Assembly: GCA_030867685.1 (NCBI GenBank)
Contig: JAQOWU010000004.1
Span: 1-64,000, forward strand
Source: Wickerhamiella versatilis
Taxonomy: Eukaryota
Length of the DNA stretch: 64,000 nt
Direction: 5' to 3'
Part shown: positions 32,831-44,785 of the stretch, one piece after another
Numbering within the stretch: position 1 is the first letter of the stretch
Layout: each line of letters opens with the position of its first letter
The notes under the pieces: generated by a model
Database searches by the model: none
What the model saw: only the letters and a program-made list of their open reading frames with translations
What the model was told of the DNA's origin: nothing
Position numbers and translations under genes: made by a program

Positions 32831-33976
32831 ATGCACCTATCTAGCCTCCTTCTCCTATCGCTTGGCACGACGTTCGCTGCACCCACTGACCCTGAACTGG
32901 AGCTGGTAGCACGGGGCGATTCAACAAGATTTCCTTTCCCCTATATTGGTGAATCATTGAAAGATTATGCCGAGCAATTAATCTCTTTTCTCTCGAATAC
33001 ATTCATCGGAAGCGTTGACGCTTTGAGGGCTGTTTCATATATCGCACCAACCCCATCCATTGATTGGAATTGCAACTTCCACAAAGCTTCAATGAAAACA
33101 GACGACCTTCCAAACTTCGACAGTGAGTTTTACTCGGTTAGCGGGGTCGACCATGGATCTGTGAAGTGGCTTATTGAGGCTGAGGGTCGGACAGCGGACG
33201 ATCCCGTCGTCTTCTATGTCCATGGAGGTGGCTATGTCTTTGGATTGTTCCCAATGATGACGGGGGAATGGATCAATATTTGGAAGGATTTCAACGTCGA
33301 AAGTGACAGGCTCTCCGTGCTGGCACTTGACTACTGGGTGGCCCCGAAGGAAGGTACGTGGCCTGCGCCCCTGAAGCAAGCGGCTGCCGTATACAATGAG
33401 CTGACCAAAACATCCAATAATATTATACTTGCTGGAGATAGTGCAGGCGGGCACTTGGCACTCAGCCTGTTTCGTCATATCAAGCACCCCGTGGATTCGG
33501 TGGATGAAATCAGCAAGAAGCCCCAGGGGCTCGTGGCGTGGAGTCCATGGGTAAACATCTTCCCAAACCAGGGAAATGGCACAAGGAATGGAACCTATGT
33601 AACCAATGATGGATTGGATCTCTTGAGTGCTAACAGCCTATCGGCTATGGGCGAGCTTTCTGTACCCGATGAGGAGACACGTACCTCATCAACAATGAAC
33701 ATGTGGAAAGACTACATTGACTGGTACGATATTCTACCAGACGACAAAAGTAAGATTTTTGTTTCATATGGCGATCAAGAGGTGTTGAAGGGAGATATTC
33801 TCACATGGTTAGACATAGCAAAGCTACCAAACTCAGGTGCTACAATTCACCGCGATCTTGCTGGATGCGAGAAATGCTTGTTCCAATCAGGTACACATGA
33901 TAATGTGTTATTCAATTTGAAAGAGTCGGGGATTCATAACGGAACTGTCACGTTCCTCACTGACAATTTTGCGTGA
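32831..33976 (+). CDS. Secreted HSL-family lipase/esterase (Say1-like)
   Basis: YVHGGGY, LAGDSAGGHL, SPWVN; signal peptide from ATG 32831 (MHLSSLLLLSLG); TATAAAA at 32773. Confidence 0.85.
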   Translation: MHLSSLLLLSLGTTFAAPTDPELELVARGDSTRFPFPYIGESLKDYAEQLISFLSNTFIGSVDALRAVSYIAPTPSIDWNCNFHKASMKTDDLPNFDSEFYSVSGVDHGSVKWLIEAEGRTADDPVVFYVHGGGYVFGLFPMMTGEWINIWKDFNVESDRLSVLALDYWVAPKEGTWPAPLKQAAAVYNELTKTSNNIILAGDSAGGHLALSLFRHIKHPVDSVDEISKKPQGLVAWSPWVNIFPNQGNGTRNGTYVTNDGLDLLSANSLSAMGELSVPDEETRTSSTMNMWKDYIDWYDILPDDKSKIFVSYGDQEVLKGDILTWLDIAKLPNSGATIHRDLAGCEKCLFQSGTHDNVLFNLKESGIHNGTVTFLTDNFA

Positions 33977-34172
33977 GATCGCATATATCTTAACTATAGC
34001 ACTAATCTTGTTGACAGTTAAGGAATCCATGAATCTCTTCATACTTCTGATTTATAATGGCATATGTCATAGAGCATAGGGTGTGGCTTAATGATAAGGA
34101 ATTAACCGGTAAACTCGAGACGAGGGCCTTAAAGTGCCTGGAAAATACCGTTTAGGGTTCGTGCATGCAGCG

Positions 34173-34215
34173 CTTCACTACCTGAGACTGGTTGGACAGT
34201 GCAAGTCACTTCACT
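34173..34215 (-). repeat. 41-bp repeat unit with an internal deletion
   Basis: CTTCACTACCTGAGACTGGTTGGACAGTGCAAG-TCACTTCACT. Confidence 0.92.
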
Positions 34216-34417
34216 GGCTAATATAAAGTGATTCAGAAACAGTTTAATTAAATATTTGATACCTAAATGGCCCACAGTCTGCTCAGGTCCTAGAGCTTAA
34301 ATATGTCACCGTTATGAGTGTGCTTGTTAAAACAAGGTCCATCCGATAATGACTAATTGAACTGGATTTAATATGGGAGTAATGAGTCCATCCAAAGCCA
34401 ATGGGTAGGAGCACTGA

Positions 34418-34459
34418 AGCCCACTTCACTACCTGAGGCTGGTTGGAAAATGTAAGATA
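34418..34459 (-). repeat. 41-bp repeat, full unit in a different permutation
   Basis: AGCCCACTTCACTACCTGAGGCTGGTTGGAAAATGTAAGATA. Confidence 0.92.
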
Positions 34460-34850
34460 ATAGCGCACTATGGTAACTCTAGCATTCAAAATATTTCATC
34501 CAGGTGGAAGGTATTTAAGAATTGATATAGGCGGGAAACTAAGTGTTAAGTTGCGCTTGATTACTTTGCATTCAATGATGCTGATGTATTCGAGGCTAGG
34601 TTTCAAATCCTCGAGGATCAGCATTCTTTGAGAACCAATGTTATATGACTAACAGGAGGTGTGTATAAATTTTTGACTTCGACTTCATGATTGTACAACT
34701 GGGTTCGGATGTCATTAGTGTATAGTTTCTAGTTCAATGATCTGAAAATTATCCGCGCCAAGATTGAATTGGCTCCAATGGTTTAACTTTGAGTAGTCTA
34801 AAAACTTGCTCATGGGGAGAAAATTGTTCATCTGATTATTAATATAGGCT

Positions 34851-35951
34851 ATGCCAAGATATGTCCTTCGCACATTGGTCTTAACCTGGGCTATAGCTCT
34901 CACATTGCTAGCATTACTCGCTGGAAATTCATTTTATCAAAATAAAGATTATGAGGGCTACAAGGGCCTTGGAATGCCCACCAGGCCGAGAAGTGCATCT
35001 AGCCAATTTGCATCAACCACAAATGACACAATGGGATTTTCTGAGATAGCCTTTATCCGGTTACCTCATAGATATGATCAAGAAGATGTAATGACTTTTC
35101 AGGGCATATTAGCAAAGCTTAAGTATAAGTCCTATGATGCTGTTGACAGTCAAGATGTCGAAAAAGACTATCGCGGTCTACCCCCGGCCAGGTCTCAAGA
35201 TCTAAGTTCATCGGAGCTGGCATGTATTAGATCACATGCTAATGTATGGCAAAAAATGCTACAAAATAATTATTTATCAGTTCTCGTCCTAGAAGGTGAT
35301 GCGACTTTCGATGTCGATATACGCGATCAAACGTTCCGACTGGCAAGGGCCTTTCAAGATCTTCTGTCCTCCCTGAATTTGATAGTAAATAATACGGATG
35401 AGGATCCTTGGAATTGCGAAAGCTGGGATATCTTGAATTTTGGGGCTTGTTTCGAAGGCGGGGAATTTTCGAATCTCTATAGGACATATGATGATCCTGG
35501 CACTCCATCTATATTATATGACTATCCAGAGACCAATACCGCCTTTGAGACTAAAGAAGGAGAAAGGATAGTTCGGCGGAGTGGGCGACCAATATGCACG
35601 ACAGGCTATGGGATTAGCCGTCGCGGCGCACTCAAGATGCTCCTAAGGATGTCACTGGAAAGTTCACGGGCTTTAGATCTCGTAATGGCCCAGGAAAACC
35701 TCAAAGGCACTGTTGAGTCTTACACAGTATGGCCCCCATTAATACATCAATGGGAATATAAGGATGGAGTCAATACTCAGAGCTCTGACATTCATAATGT
35801 TGACAAGAATGAAGATTATGATCCAAATATATGGAAAGATGTATTTCTGCAAGCGAATGTCTGGCAAGTGAGAAAAGAATATCAACAGTGGCACATGAAC
35901 AACTGGACACTAGCTCAAATAGGACGAGAATCGGGATTAGCATTCGTCTGA
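34851..35951 (+). CDS. Glycosyltransferase family 25-like (paralog 3)
   Basis: N-terminal TM; NDTMGFSEIAFIRLPHRYD, ACIRSHANVW, LVLEGDA, CTTGYGISRRGALKML. Confidence 0.82.
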   Translation: MPRYVLRTLVLTWAIALTLLALLAGNSFYQNKDYEGYKGLGMPTRPRSASSQFASTTNDTMGFSEIAFIRLPHRYDQEDVMTFQGILAKLKYKSYDAVDSQDVEKDYRGLPPARSQDLSSSELACIRSHANVWQKMLQNNYLSVLVLEGDATFDVDIRDQTFRLARAFQDLLSSLNLIVNNTDEDPWNCESWDILNFGACFEGGEFSNLYRTYDDPGTPSILYDYPETNTAFETKEGERIVRRSGRPICTTGYGISRRGALKMLLRMSLESSRALDLVMAQENLKGTVESYTVWPPLIHQWEYKDGVNTQSSDIHNVDKNEDYDPNIWKDVFLQANVWQVRKEYQQWHMNNWTLAQIGRESGLAFV

Positions 35952-36279
35952 TTACATTGTACCTAAAGATATCAATATTTATTCTTGTGTACACATCGCA
36001 CGCCTGCCTCCTTGTCAATGTTCATCGAATTGAGTCTGTGCACAACCTGGCAAGTACGGAAAGGGCTTAGGTTTATAAGTTCGCTTAAATAATTTGACGC
36101 CACGTCTAAATAATCATCAAGATAGAAACGGCTGTGCGATCCAAACAGTCACATGGTAAAAAAATATATTGCCCTAATTCGACATGCCTAAACCCGGAGC
36201 AGACTAAAACAAAACCAGTTACTATTCATATTCTGGTCTTATATTAGTCAGTTTATTTAGAGTGGATGTATCAACCGAT

Positions 36280-36300
36280 GGCTATCTTGCGTTGTCTAAC
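36280..36300 (+). repeat. 41-bp repeat fragment next to the adhesin stop codon
   Basis: GGCTATCTTGCGTTGTCTAAC. Confidence 0.8.
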
Positions 36301-36303
36301 ATA

Positions 36304-39300
36304 CTAGTGGAGCAGAACTATCGCAAGAGCTATAGCCGTGAACATACCCTTAACCGGTTCCAGTGAATGTCCAGAATTTGCTACCTCAGGAACTGAATTC
36401 GAGGGCTGGGCAACACTAGGAGCATTATTCGATTCAATGGCTTGTGAAGCCGATGCGGGTCCACTAGATGATGAGGCCGCTGAGCCTGAAGGCTGAGCAA
36501 CACTAGGAACATTATTTGATTCAATGGCTTGTGAAGCCGATGCGGGTCCACTAGATGATGAGGCCGCTGAGCCTGAAGGCTGAGCAACACTAGGAACATT
36601 ATTCGATTCAATGGCTTGTGAAGCCAAAGCTGGTCCAATGGTTAATGTTGGGACCGCTGAGCCAGAAGGCTGATTGCTTAGAGCTTCGGCTACACTACCA
36701 GTCTGAGTACAGTCGCAATCCTCTAGGGTGAGGGTGGTAGCTTGCGTAACCGTGTACGTTGTACCGCCATATGCAAACGTAGTAGGACTGGGACAAGGGA
36801 TAGTGGTATACTTGGTACTCTCAGCTGTTACAGTAGTGCCTTCAAATACATTAGGGGTCTCTACAGTGACCTCGGGAACGGTGTAAGTCCTACCACCACT
36901 GGTGATCACCTCATTGGTGCTGATAGTAGTAGGAGCCGTACCAGTGTAGCCAATGGTAGTGGTCACACCCGGAATACCATTGGTGGGGGTCTCGACGGTG
37001 ACATCTGGAACAGGGTAGATCTTGCTACCGCTAGTCATCACCTCATTTGTGCTGATGGTGGTGGGCGCTGTGCCAGTGTAGCCAATGTTGGTGGTCTCGC
37101 CTGGGAAGTTCCCAAGAGGGGTATATGTCATGGATAACGATACATTTTCACTGCGTGAGATGCTGCTACTTCTGATAACTGGTGGGACATTCTGACTAGA
37201 CTTCATAGTCGGAGTCTCGACGGTGACATCTGGAACGGTGTAGATCTTGCTACCGCTAGTGATCACCTCATTTGTGCTGATAGTGGTGGGCACAGACCCA
37301 GTGTAGCCAATGGTGGTAGTCTTACCCGGAATACCATTGGTGGGGGTCTCGACGGTGACATCTGGAACAGTGTAGATTTTACTACCACTATTGATCCCCT
37401 CATTTGTACTGATAGTGGTGGGCACAGAACCAGTGTAGCCAATGGTGGTAGTCTTACCCGGAATACCATTGGTGGGGGTCTCGACGGTGACATCTGGAAC
37501 AGTGTAGATCTTGCTACCGCTAGTGATCACCTCATTTGTGCTGATAGTAGTGGGAGTGGTGCCAGTGTAGCCAATGGAGGTAGTCTCACCTGGAATACCA
37601 TTGGTAGGGGTTTCGACAGTGACATCTGGAACAGTGTAGATCTTGCTACCGCTAGTAACCACCTCATTTGTGCTGATAGTAGTAGGAGTGGTGCCAGTGT
37701 AGCCAATGGAGGTAGTCTCACCTGGAATGCTATTGGTGGGGGTCTCGACGGTGACATCTGGAACAGTGTAGATCTTGCTACCGCTAGTGTTCACCTCATT
37801 TGTGCTGAGAGTAGTAGGATAACTACCTGTCCATGCAACCGTAGTGGTCTCACCTGGAATACCATTGGTAGGGGTCTCGACGGTGACATCTGGAACAGTG
37901 TAGATCTTGCTACCGCTAGTGATCACCTCATTTGTGCTGATAGTGGTGGGCACAGAACCAGTGTAGCCAATGGTGGTAGTCTTACCCGGAATACCATTGG
38001 TGGGGGTCTCGACGGTGACATCTGGAACAGTGTAGATCTTGCTACCGCTAGTGATCACCTCATTTGTGCTGAGAGTAGTAGGATAACTACCTGTCCATGC
38101 AACCGTAGTGGTCTCACCTGGAATACCATTGGTAGGGGTCTCGACGGTGACATCTGGAACAGTGTAGATCTTGCTACCGCTAGTGATCACCTCATTTGTG
38201 CTGATAGTAGTGGGAGTGGTGCCAGTGTAGCCAATGGAGGTAGTCTCACCGGGAATACCATTGGTAGGGGTTTCGACAGTGACATCTGGAACAGTGTAGA
38301 TCTTGCTACCGCTAGTGATCACTTCATTTGTGCTGATAGTGGTGGGCACAGACCCAGTGTAGCCAATGGTGGTAGTCTTACCCGGAATACCATTGGTGGG
38401 GGTCTCGACGGTGACATCTGGAACAGTGAAGATCTTGCTACCGCTAGTGATCACGTCATTTGTGCTGAGAGTAGTAGGATAACTACCTGTCCATACAACC
38501 GTAGTGGTCTCACCTGGAATACCATTGGTGGGGGTCTCGACGGTGACATCTGGAACAGTGTAGATCTTGCTACCGCTAGTGATCACCTCATTTGTGCTGA
38601 TAGTGGTGGGCACAGAACCAGTGTAGCCAATGGTGGTAGTCTTACCCGGAATACCATTGGTGGGGGTCTCGACGGTGACATCTGGAACAGTGAAGATCTT
38701 GCTACCGCTAGTGATCACGTCATTTGTGCTGAGAGTAGTAGGATAACTACCTGTCCATACAACCGTAGTGGTCTCACCTGGAATACCATTGGTAGGGGTC
38801 TCGACGGTGACATCTGGAACAGTGTAGATCTTGCTACCGCTAGTGATCACCTCATTTGTGCTGATAGTGGTGGGCACAGAACCAGTGTAGCCAACGGTGG
38901 TAGTCTTACCCGGAACACCATTGGTGGGGGTCTCGACGGTGACATCTGGAACAGTGTAGATCTTGCTACCGCTAGTGATCACTTCATTTGTGCTGATAGT
39001 AGTAGGATAACTACCTGTCCATGCAACCGTAGTGGTCTCACCCGGAACACTATTGGTGGGGGTCTCGACGGTGACATCTGGAACAGTGTAGATCTTGCTA
39101 CCGCTAGTGATCACGTCATTTGTGCTGAGAGTAGTAGGATAACTACCTGTCCATGCAACCGTAGTGGTCTCACCTGGAATACCATTGGTAGGGGTTTCGA
39201 TGGTGACATCTGGAACAGTGTAGATCTTGCTACCGCTAGTAACCACCTCATTTGTGCTGATAGTAGTGGGAGTGGTGCCAGTGTAGCCAATGGAGGTAGT

Positions 39301-40515
39301 CTCACCGGGAATACCATTGGTGGGGGTTTCGACAGTGACATCTGGAACAGTGTAGATCTTGCTACCGCTAGTGTTCACCTCATTTGTGCTGATAGTGGTG
39401 GGCACAGAACCAGTGTAGCCAATGGTGGTAGTCTTACCCGGAATAACATTGGTGGGGGTCTCGACGGTGACATCTGGAACAGTGTAGATCTTGCTACCGC
39501 TAGTGATCACCTCATTTGTGCTGATAGTAGTAGGAGTGGTGCCAGTGTAGCCAATGGAGGTAGTCTCACCTGGAATACCACTGGTGGGGGTCTCGACAGT
39601 CACATCTGGGACAGTAAAGGTCCGATCATATGTGGTTTTCAACTCATTCTTACTGAGGGTGGTAGGAAATGTTCCCGTCCACGCAACCGTAGTCGTTTCA
39701 CCTCCTGCCGTTGGAGTTTCAATAATTTCAACTGGTGTCGTTGAACTACCCTGTGGGACTTCTGTAACAAACGTAGTAGTAAATGTTCCCTGCCATGGCA
39801 ACGTACTCGTTTTAACTGGACATTCTTGCTTACTCCAATCGATCTGATATAAATTCTCGAGTGGGCTATATGAGTCACTTCCAGGCTTCATCACCGAGAT
39901 ATTGAGACGCGATTGCGTTAAGCGGTTCACATAAACTAACTCCATCGGATACACAAGATTACTATCCAGTTCAACAGAAAGTCTCGCACCATCTAAGGTG
40001 GCAAACAAATCAAACTTGTTGCCTACATTCTGGCTCACATTTTCACAGCATGCACGAGCACCTCCTAGTCGCAAGCCCGCGTCATCGTCAGCTTCCAGGT
40101 AAAACGTGTAAATACCTGAGGTTGGAGGTATATAGTAAGCCGTCATATTCATAGTAAAGTTGGTTATGGTGATATCGTTTCCAAACACATTACTATAGGC
40201 GGTATACCACCATTGTTGCAAGCTATTGTTATAGTAGTTCCAATACAACGAATTCCCTTCGATACCAGTCGCTGAAATCTGGTTGCCTTGATCATCATTA
40301 TAAGGGCCAAAATGTCCGAAGTCTGCAGTAATCTTACGAAGGTCGTTGTCGTAAAGTTCAACACCAACCTCCCATTTCCAATAGTCAACATTGAATCCGC
40401 GTGACCCTAACTCAAGGGGTCTGGTGCATCCATTCACGGACACGCTGCTGGAACTCTCAGCCAACACAGACGGGATGGTCTGAAGTAGCAATACAATACG
40501 ACTTAAGGGGCCCAT
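36304..40515 (-). CDS. Flocculin/adhesin: signal peptide, PA14/GLEYA-type lectin domain, Thr-rich repeat stalk, GPI signal
   Basis: TAYYIPPTSGIYTFYLEADDDA (DD Ca2+ motif), VYPMELVYVN; 44-aa repeats ending TVPDVTVETPT; hydrophobic C-terminus. Confidence 0.92.
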   Translation of the reverse strand: MGPLSRIVLLLQTIPSVLAESSSSVSVNGCTRPLELGSRGFNVDYWKWEVGVELYDNDLRKITADFGHFGPYNDDQGNQISATGIEGNSLYWNYYNNSLQQWWYTAYSNVFGNDITITNFTMNMTAYYIPPTSGIYTFYLEADDDAGLRLGGARACCENVSQNVGNKFDLFATLDGARLSVELDSNLVYPMELVYVNRLTQSRLNISVMKPGSDSYSPLENLYQIDWSKQECPVKTSTLPWQGTFTTTFVTEVPQGSSTTPVEIIETPTAGGETTTVAWTGTFPTTLSKNELKTTYDRTFTVPDVTVETPTSGIPGETTSIGYTGTTPTTISTNEVITSGSKIYTVPDVTVETPTNVIPGKTTTIGYTGSVPTTISTNEVNTSGSKIYTVPDVTVETPTNGIPGETTSIGYTGTTPTTISTNEVVTSGSKIYTVPDVTIETPTNGIPGETTTVAWTGSYPTTLSTNDVITSGSKIYTVPDVTVETPTNSVPGETTTVAWTGSYPTTISTNEVITSGSKIYTVPDVTVETPTNGVPGKTTTVGYTGSVPTTISTNEVITSGSKIYTVPDVTVETPTNGIPGETTTVVWTGSYPTTLSTNDVITSGSKIFTVPDVTVETPTNGIPGKTTTIGYTGSVPTTISTNEVITSGSKIYTVPDVTVETPTNGIPGETTTVVWTGSYPTTLSTNDVITSGSKIFTVPDVTVETPTNGIPGKTTTIGYTGSVPTTISTNEVITSGSKIYTVPDVTVETPTNGIPGETTSIGYTGTTPTTISTNEVITSGSKIYTVPDVTVETPTNGIPGETTTVAWTGSYPTTLSTNEVITSGSKIYTVPDVTVETPTNGIPGKTTTIGYTGSVPTTISTNEVITSGSKIYTVPDVTVETPTNGIPGETTTVAWTGSYPTTLSTNEVNTSGSKIYTVPDVTVETPTNSIPGETTSIGYTGTTPTTISTNEVVTSGSKIYTVPDVTVETPTNGIPGETTSIGYTGTTPTTISTNEVITSGSKIYTVPDVTVETPTNGIPGKTTTIGYTGSVPTTISTNEGINSGSKIYTVPDVTVETPTNGIPGKTTTIGYTGSVPTTISTNEVITSGSKIYTVPDVTVETPTMKSSQNVPPVIRSSSISRSENVSLSMTYTPLGNFPGETTNIGYTGTAPTTISTNEVMTSGSKIYPVPDVTVETPTNGIPGVTTTIGYTGTAPTTISTNEVITSGGRTYTVPEVTVETPNVFEGTTVTAESTKYTTIPCPSPTTFAYGGTTYTVTQATTLTLEDCDCTQTGSVAEALSNQPSGSAVPTLTIGPALASQAIESNNVPSVAQPSGSAASSSSGPASASQAIESNNVPSVAQPSGSAASSSSGPASASQAIESNNAPSVAQPSNSVPEVANSGHSLEPVKGMFTAIALAIVLLH
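36404..36625 (-). repeat. 87-bp (29-aa) coding repeat, ~2.5 copies
   Basis: SQAIESNNVPSVAQPSGSAASSSSGPASA. Confidence 0.85.
37207..39700 (-). repeat. 132-bp coding minisatellite, ~19 tandem units (2 more at ~36850-37110)
   Basis: The GTCTCGACGGTGACATCTGGAAC-type marker recurs every 132 nt from ~37213 to ~39589. Confidence 0.95.
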
Positions 40516-41912
40516 ACTGTAAATTCTCTAACTCTGCCCAAGTCATATATATACCTTTTCCTAAGAAGTTTCCACTGCATATGCATATTCTGCATGCGGC
40601 GAGCAAATTCCATTCATGCATCACCCTGGATCTGTGCACTCAGACACATATTTTTTGCACAGAAAAATTGGGTGAAAGCCCGTAAAAAATGATGGAGAAC
40701 AGCAGCACACTTTTAGTTGTTCCCGGGGTTGCCTAATACGAGGTTTCTCAGTAACAGTTGTACTGGTAGGGTACCAACTACATTGTCGGAAGCGCAAAAA
40801 CTCTCATGCGAAATTTCCTATGCTACCCTAAGTTCTCAATGTTTTATCTCAGCTTAGCGGCATGATGATACGCTAGGGTTAATCGAAGTATTCATTAGAG
40901 TGTGTATGTATGTCAGACCTTATTGGTAGTTGCTGCAGGATGCGACCTGGAGATAAAGCAAGTATATTGTTTTCGAACTTATATAGGCTATGTACAAGCA
41001 AGCATCGAAGGAAAAGTTTCAGCAAAATTGGAATCTTGATGGTGGGCATTTCTCGAGTACCTAAACAGGTATTTTGCTGTCTGCAGTGGTAATATTGTGG
41101 CCATGATTGCTCATGCAAGATTTTCCTCGAAAGATTTCGGCTTCATCCAGTTTCATCATACAGGTAGTAACGATGTAATGTGGCGAGCGATGGTGGTCTG
41201 ATGACAGTTGCTACTTGCTCAACTCAAAGAGTGAGTACATGCGGCAACACGGGCAGTGAACCCCTATGCGTATCCGCTTCGACATAAAATGGTTACATTT
41301 GCTATACTGATCTACAAGAAGCAGATATATCTACCAAATGCTACCTGCTCAAAGGGCTGAAATGTACGCTGCCGAGACCAGCTAGATTGCAAAAGAACGG
41401 ACATGTACTCTGCATAGAAGTTGGCGCAGTAGGCGCTGATATATGACGTAACTGCCACTGGAAGGCTTTTCATAACGGCTGAAAATTTCATCAAGGGTGG
41501 GAAAAGTATTTTTCCTATTGATTCTAATAGACTAAATCCTTTCCTATTTGAGTATTATTATATTACTCTTTCAACTGTTTCTCAGCTTCTGGAATATGCG
41601 AGTGCTCCAATGGCCCACACATACCTTCCTGCATACATATGTACGCTTAAGCTCTGTGTCATCGATATGCACTGCATACAGATTTTGCTCTCCCTGCGTT
41701 GAAGCACGGGCACTTCGTCATGGGCAACCCAGTTTTACTTTTCTATCAAGGACACGAGCTTCTACTCAAATTGATGATTGCCACTCCTGTGAGATATGGT
41801 TACAATACAGTTAGTTTAAGATGATGAAGAACCCCAGATAAGTTAAAGTAGGCCCATAATCACTTAACAGCCGCTATCAGGTCAAGGGTTTCTGTTTACT
41901 ACTTCGAGTGCT

Positions 41913-41966
41913 TATGCATACCATGTTTTATCTACACTTGCTGCATATGCATACCATGTTTTATCT
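41913..41966. repeat. Local 33-bp-period tandem duplication
   Basis: TATGCATACCATGTTTTATCT at 41913 and 41946. Confidence 0.85.
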
Positions 41967-42083
41967 GCCCTTATTGCAGCCAAGTTCTGTGCTTACGTGC
42001 TTTTCTACTGGGTAATACTCTGTAGCCTTAACCTGATATCAGAATGTACTCCATGCAAAATACTCTTCATTACCTTAAGATCG

Positions 42084-42136
42084 CAGTCTCAGGTAGTAAA
42101 AAGTGGGCTATCCTGCCTTATCTAACCAGTATCAGG
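42084..42136 (+). repeat. 41-bp repeat, ~1.2 tandem units
   Basis: CAGTCTCAGGTAGTAAAAAGTGGGCTATCCTGCCTTATCTAACCAGTATCAGG. Confidence 0.85.
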
Positions 42137-42764
42137 CTCTCTCTTCGGAATCTCGACTCGTATTGAATCCAGAGTATGCTATTTTCCAAAACTAATTTCT
42201 CCTAACGAAGTCCAAATAAATTTTTTTCACAGGTTGTAATCCTCCGCCCTATTCTTTCCTCAGCTCACGGGATATGAAACAATTCCGATGACTCATTTTT
42301 CAAGTATGCATGTAGCCAAATGACTCAGTTAGTCGAGAATGCGAGCAACCCGATGATTCCTCGTCCTCCTGATATAGTGGGCTATGGCCGTAGAGAAGGC
42401 ATATCGCGGACTCTAGTGATGTGATTACATTGATTTATGGGCATTGAAAACTTTGGCATTCGTATCTTTGGCAGTACCAGCGCAGTCCATCATCCTTTGC
42501 GTTAGAAAAATCTATTGAAAAAGCTGCGCGAAATGGGTAAAAATCTATTAGATTTAGACGTGTAACATTTCGAACGTGGCTATGCCAAGTATAATCCACA
42601 GCCAATGGAAACATCTGCGCCTTCGTCAAATGTTCCTATCTTTTAGGGCTCTTAAAATGATTTATAGAAGAAATCACTGTCATGTCACAAAAAAGATTAA
42701 TAGATCCTAATAAAATGTCTTACGTATATACCACTATAGCTTTCCTGAAGATCAGTGAGAGCAG

Positions 42765-43428
42765 TCACCGTTTAATGTCCGCATATGAGTCTGTATGCAT
42801 GTATTTAAGGCACTGTTTTGTATTCTTGAGCAAAAGGTGTAGGCCTATGGACGATTTTCGAGATGAATGCATAGATGTCTTGACAGGTCTGATCTATTGC
42901 TAAACGTCCGTTGGAATATTTCACAATGACCAAGAGCGTCGAGAGCAATTCTTGATATTAAAAGGTATTCTTCTAAACCTAATCTCTCGTTATAGGGAAG
43001 TAAAGAATGGTTTGGTATATTCCTCACAATGCTTGCTTTCTGGGTCTTTTTGCCTTTTTATGAGCTACTTTTGAGGAAGCCGCGGAAGTGACGTAGAATC
43101 TCCCTTCCTTCTGAAAAACACCTTGCATAGCTGAAAAATTAGGATGGCTTGGATGTCCGACAGTTGCTGATTGTCTTTCGTCATAAAGTTCACTTCTACT
43201 TTCACTGCATTTTCCATTTAGATTAAGAGGAATTTTGAAAATGCAGTTGCAAACCTCGTTCAACGCATCCCTTGAAGATCTCTGTGAGACATCTTGACGA
43301 TTAAATCCATTTACAGTACTGAAAGATCCATATGTGAGTTCTTGGATCTTAGAAGTCTCAGAACCTATAAATGGTCTGGAAGTGGGTGCGTGACCTGTCA
43401 GGATCCAGAGCTTCAAAAAATAAGTCAT
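42765..43428 (-). pseudogene. Decayed C2H2 zinc-finger gene, inverted paralog of 47732-48319
   Basis: YNERLGLEEYLLISR..HCEIFQRTFSNRSDLSRHLCIHLENRP* matches YNEKLSLKEQLLISR..HCEICQKKFRYKTDLSRHLCIHLDIRPY; upstream VNGFNR matches VHGFSR; stops and frameshifts present. Confidence 0.8.
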
Positions 43429-44785
43429 AAATCAAGTTATTGAAAACTCCAACTTTACCAGATACCCACAATCGGCTGTGTTCTTGTACTATTCAATGTC
43501 GTGCTGCTAAAGATATGTTTACTCAGGTTGTTTATAACTAGCATGTATAAAAGCTTCCTGAAAAATAGTTTATACAGCTTTATTGAACTTTAAAGCGATT
43601 GAGTATGTGCTTCGATCTGTTGATACGTGGCTATCGAGCCCAGTTTACCGCGGCGAAAGACGGCGATCTCCGTCGGTAGTGTTGATTAGCTAATTACGAG
43701 TCAGGCCTACTACAGTGCGGCTATGTAATGCATTCCCTCTGACTTACAGCAACGAATAATCAACGCATTTCAGGCTTACCATAAATGTATTAATTTCATT
43801 GCGTACTGCAACGCCTGAGGAACTCATAAATTAACACGTTATTTGCAGAAATCTGAGACCCCAATGATCTATTAGGCAGATCGCTGAAAGGCAAGCCTAA
43901 AGCATTAGCAGGATGTTGTTCATCCCATTTTCATTTTCCAACTTCTCTAATAGCATTTGGATGCTGTGTAGATAAAGTAACTAATGTGACCATTTAGTCG
44001 CTGTCTATTATGGAGCATAGAACATCTTTCTAATCAGGATGTATGGTCGCTAAAAGCGTATGACACTGGAATTTTTCGTTATGAGCTGCAACAAATGTGT
44101 ATTTGATCCTACTTTTCATAGGAAATATCACAACTAATTAGCCGATTAGCCTGAATCCATCGGCTCGGCCGAGATCTAGCGTCCAGAATATAAAGTAGTC
44201 AAATGATACTCAATGTAAATCTTGATCTTAACTTTCTGTATAGGAAAAATCCCCTATTCCTTTCTTTTTCTATATTTGCTCTCCCTTTTATTCATACGTA
44301 GAACATGCCTCTCGTTTGCTAGCATTCCAGATTTCTTACCAAATATTGCATGACATGGCAGGCGCAGAGGCTGAGCAGACATTGCGCGATGCCAGAGAGC
44401 GAGAAATGAAGGAAAAATTATGAACCAACGCCGTAAAATGTTGTTAACGAGTGGAATCCGCTATTGTGGCTCTCTTGTTGTATTGAAAACGTTGACTTTG
44501 GATGGGGGTGGCTTTTTTCGACTCAAAGCATGAGCAGGATCCTCTGTGGCATTTCGAGTAATTACTTCATTATACGAATAGTACATATTAGGCAATTGAG
44601 CAAAATCACGTTGAATACTGCTAGAACAGTTACTAGGCATGCAGGAATTCATGGTCTTTAAACCAGAACCTTACCCAAATACACTTCCCAAACCGCCGAT
44701 GTCTAGTGGGCCATCGAAATGATTTCCAACACCTTGTAACTAGAACCACTGTAAAATATCACAAAGCTTTCAAACGACGACGAAG

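Noticed and set aside
36381-39878. Alternative-frame ORFs inside the adhesin
   Set aside because: By-products of the coding repeats
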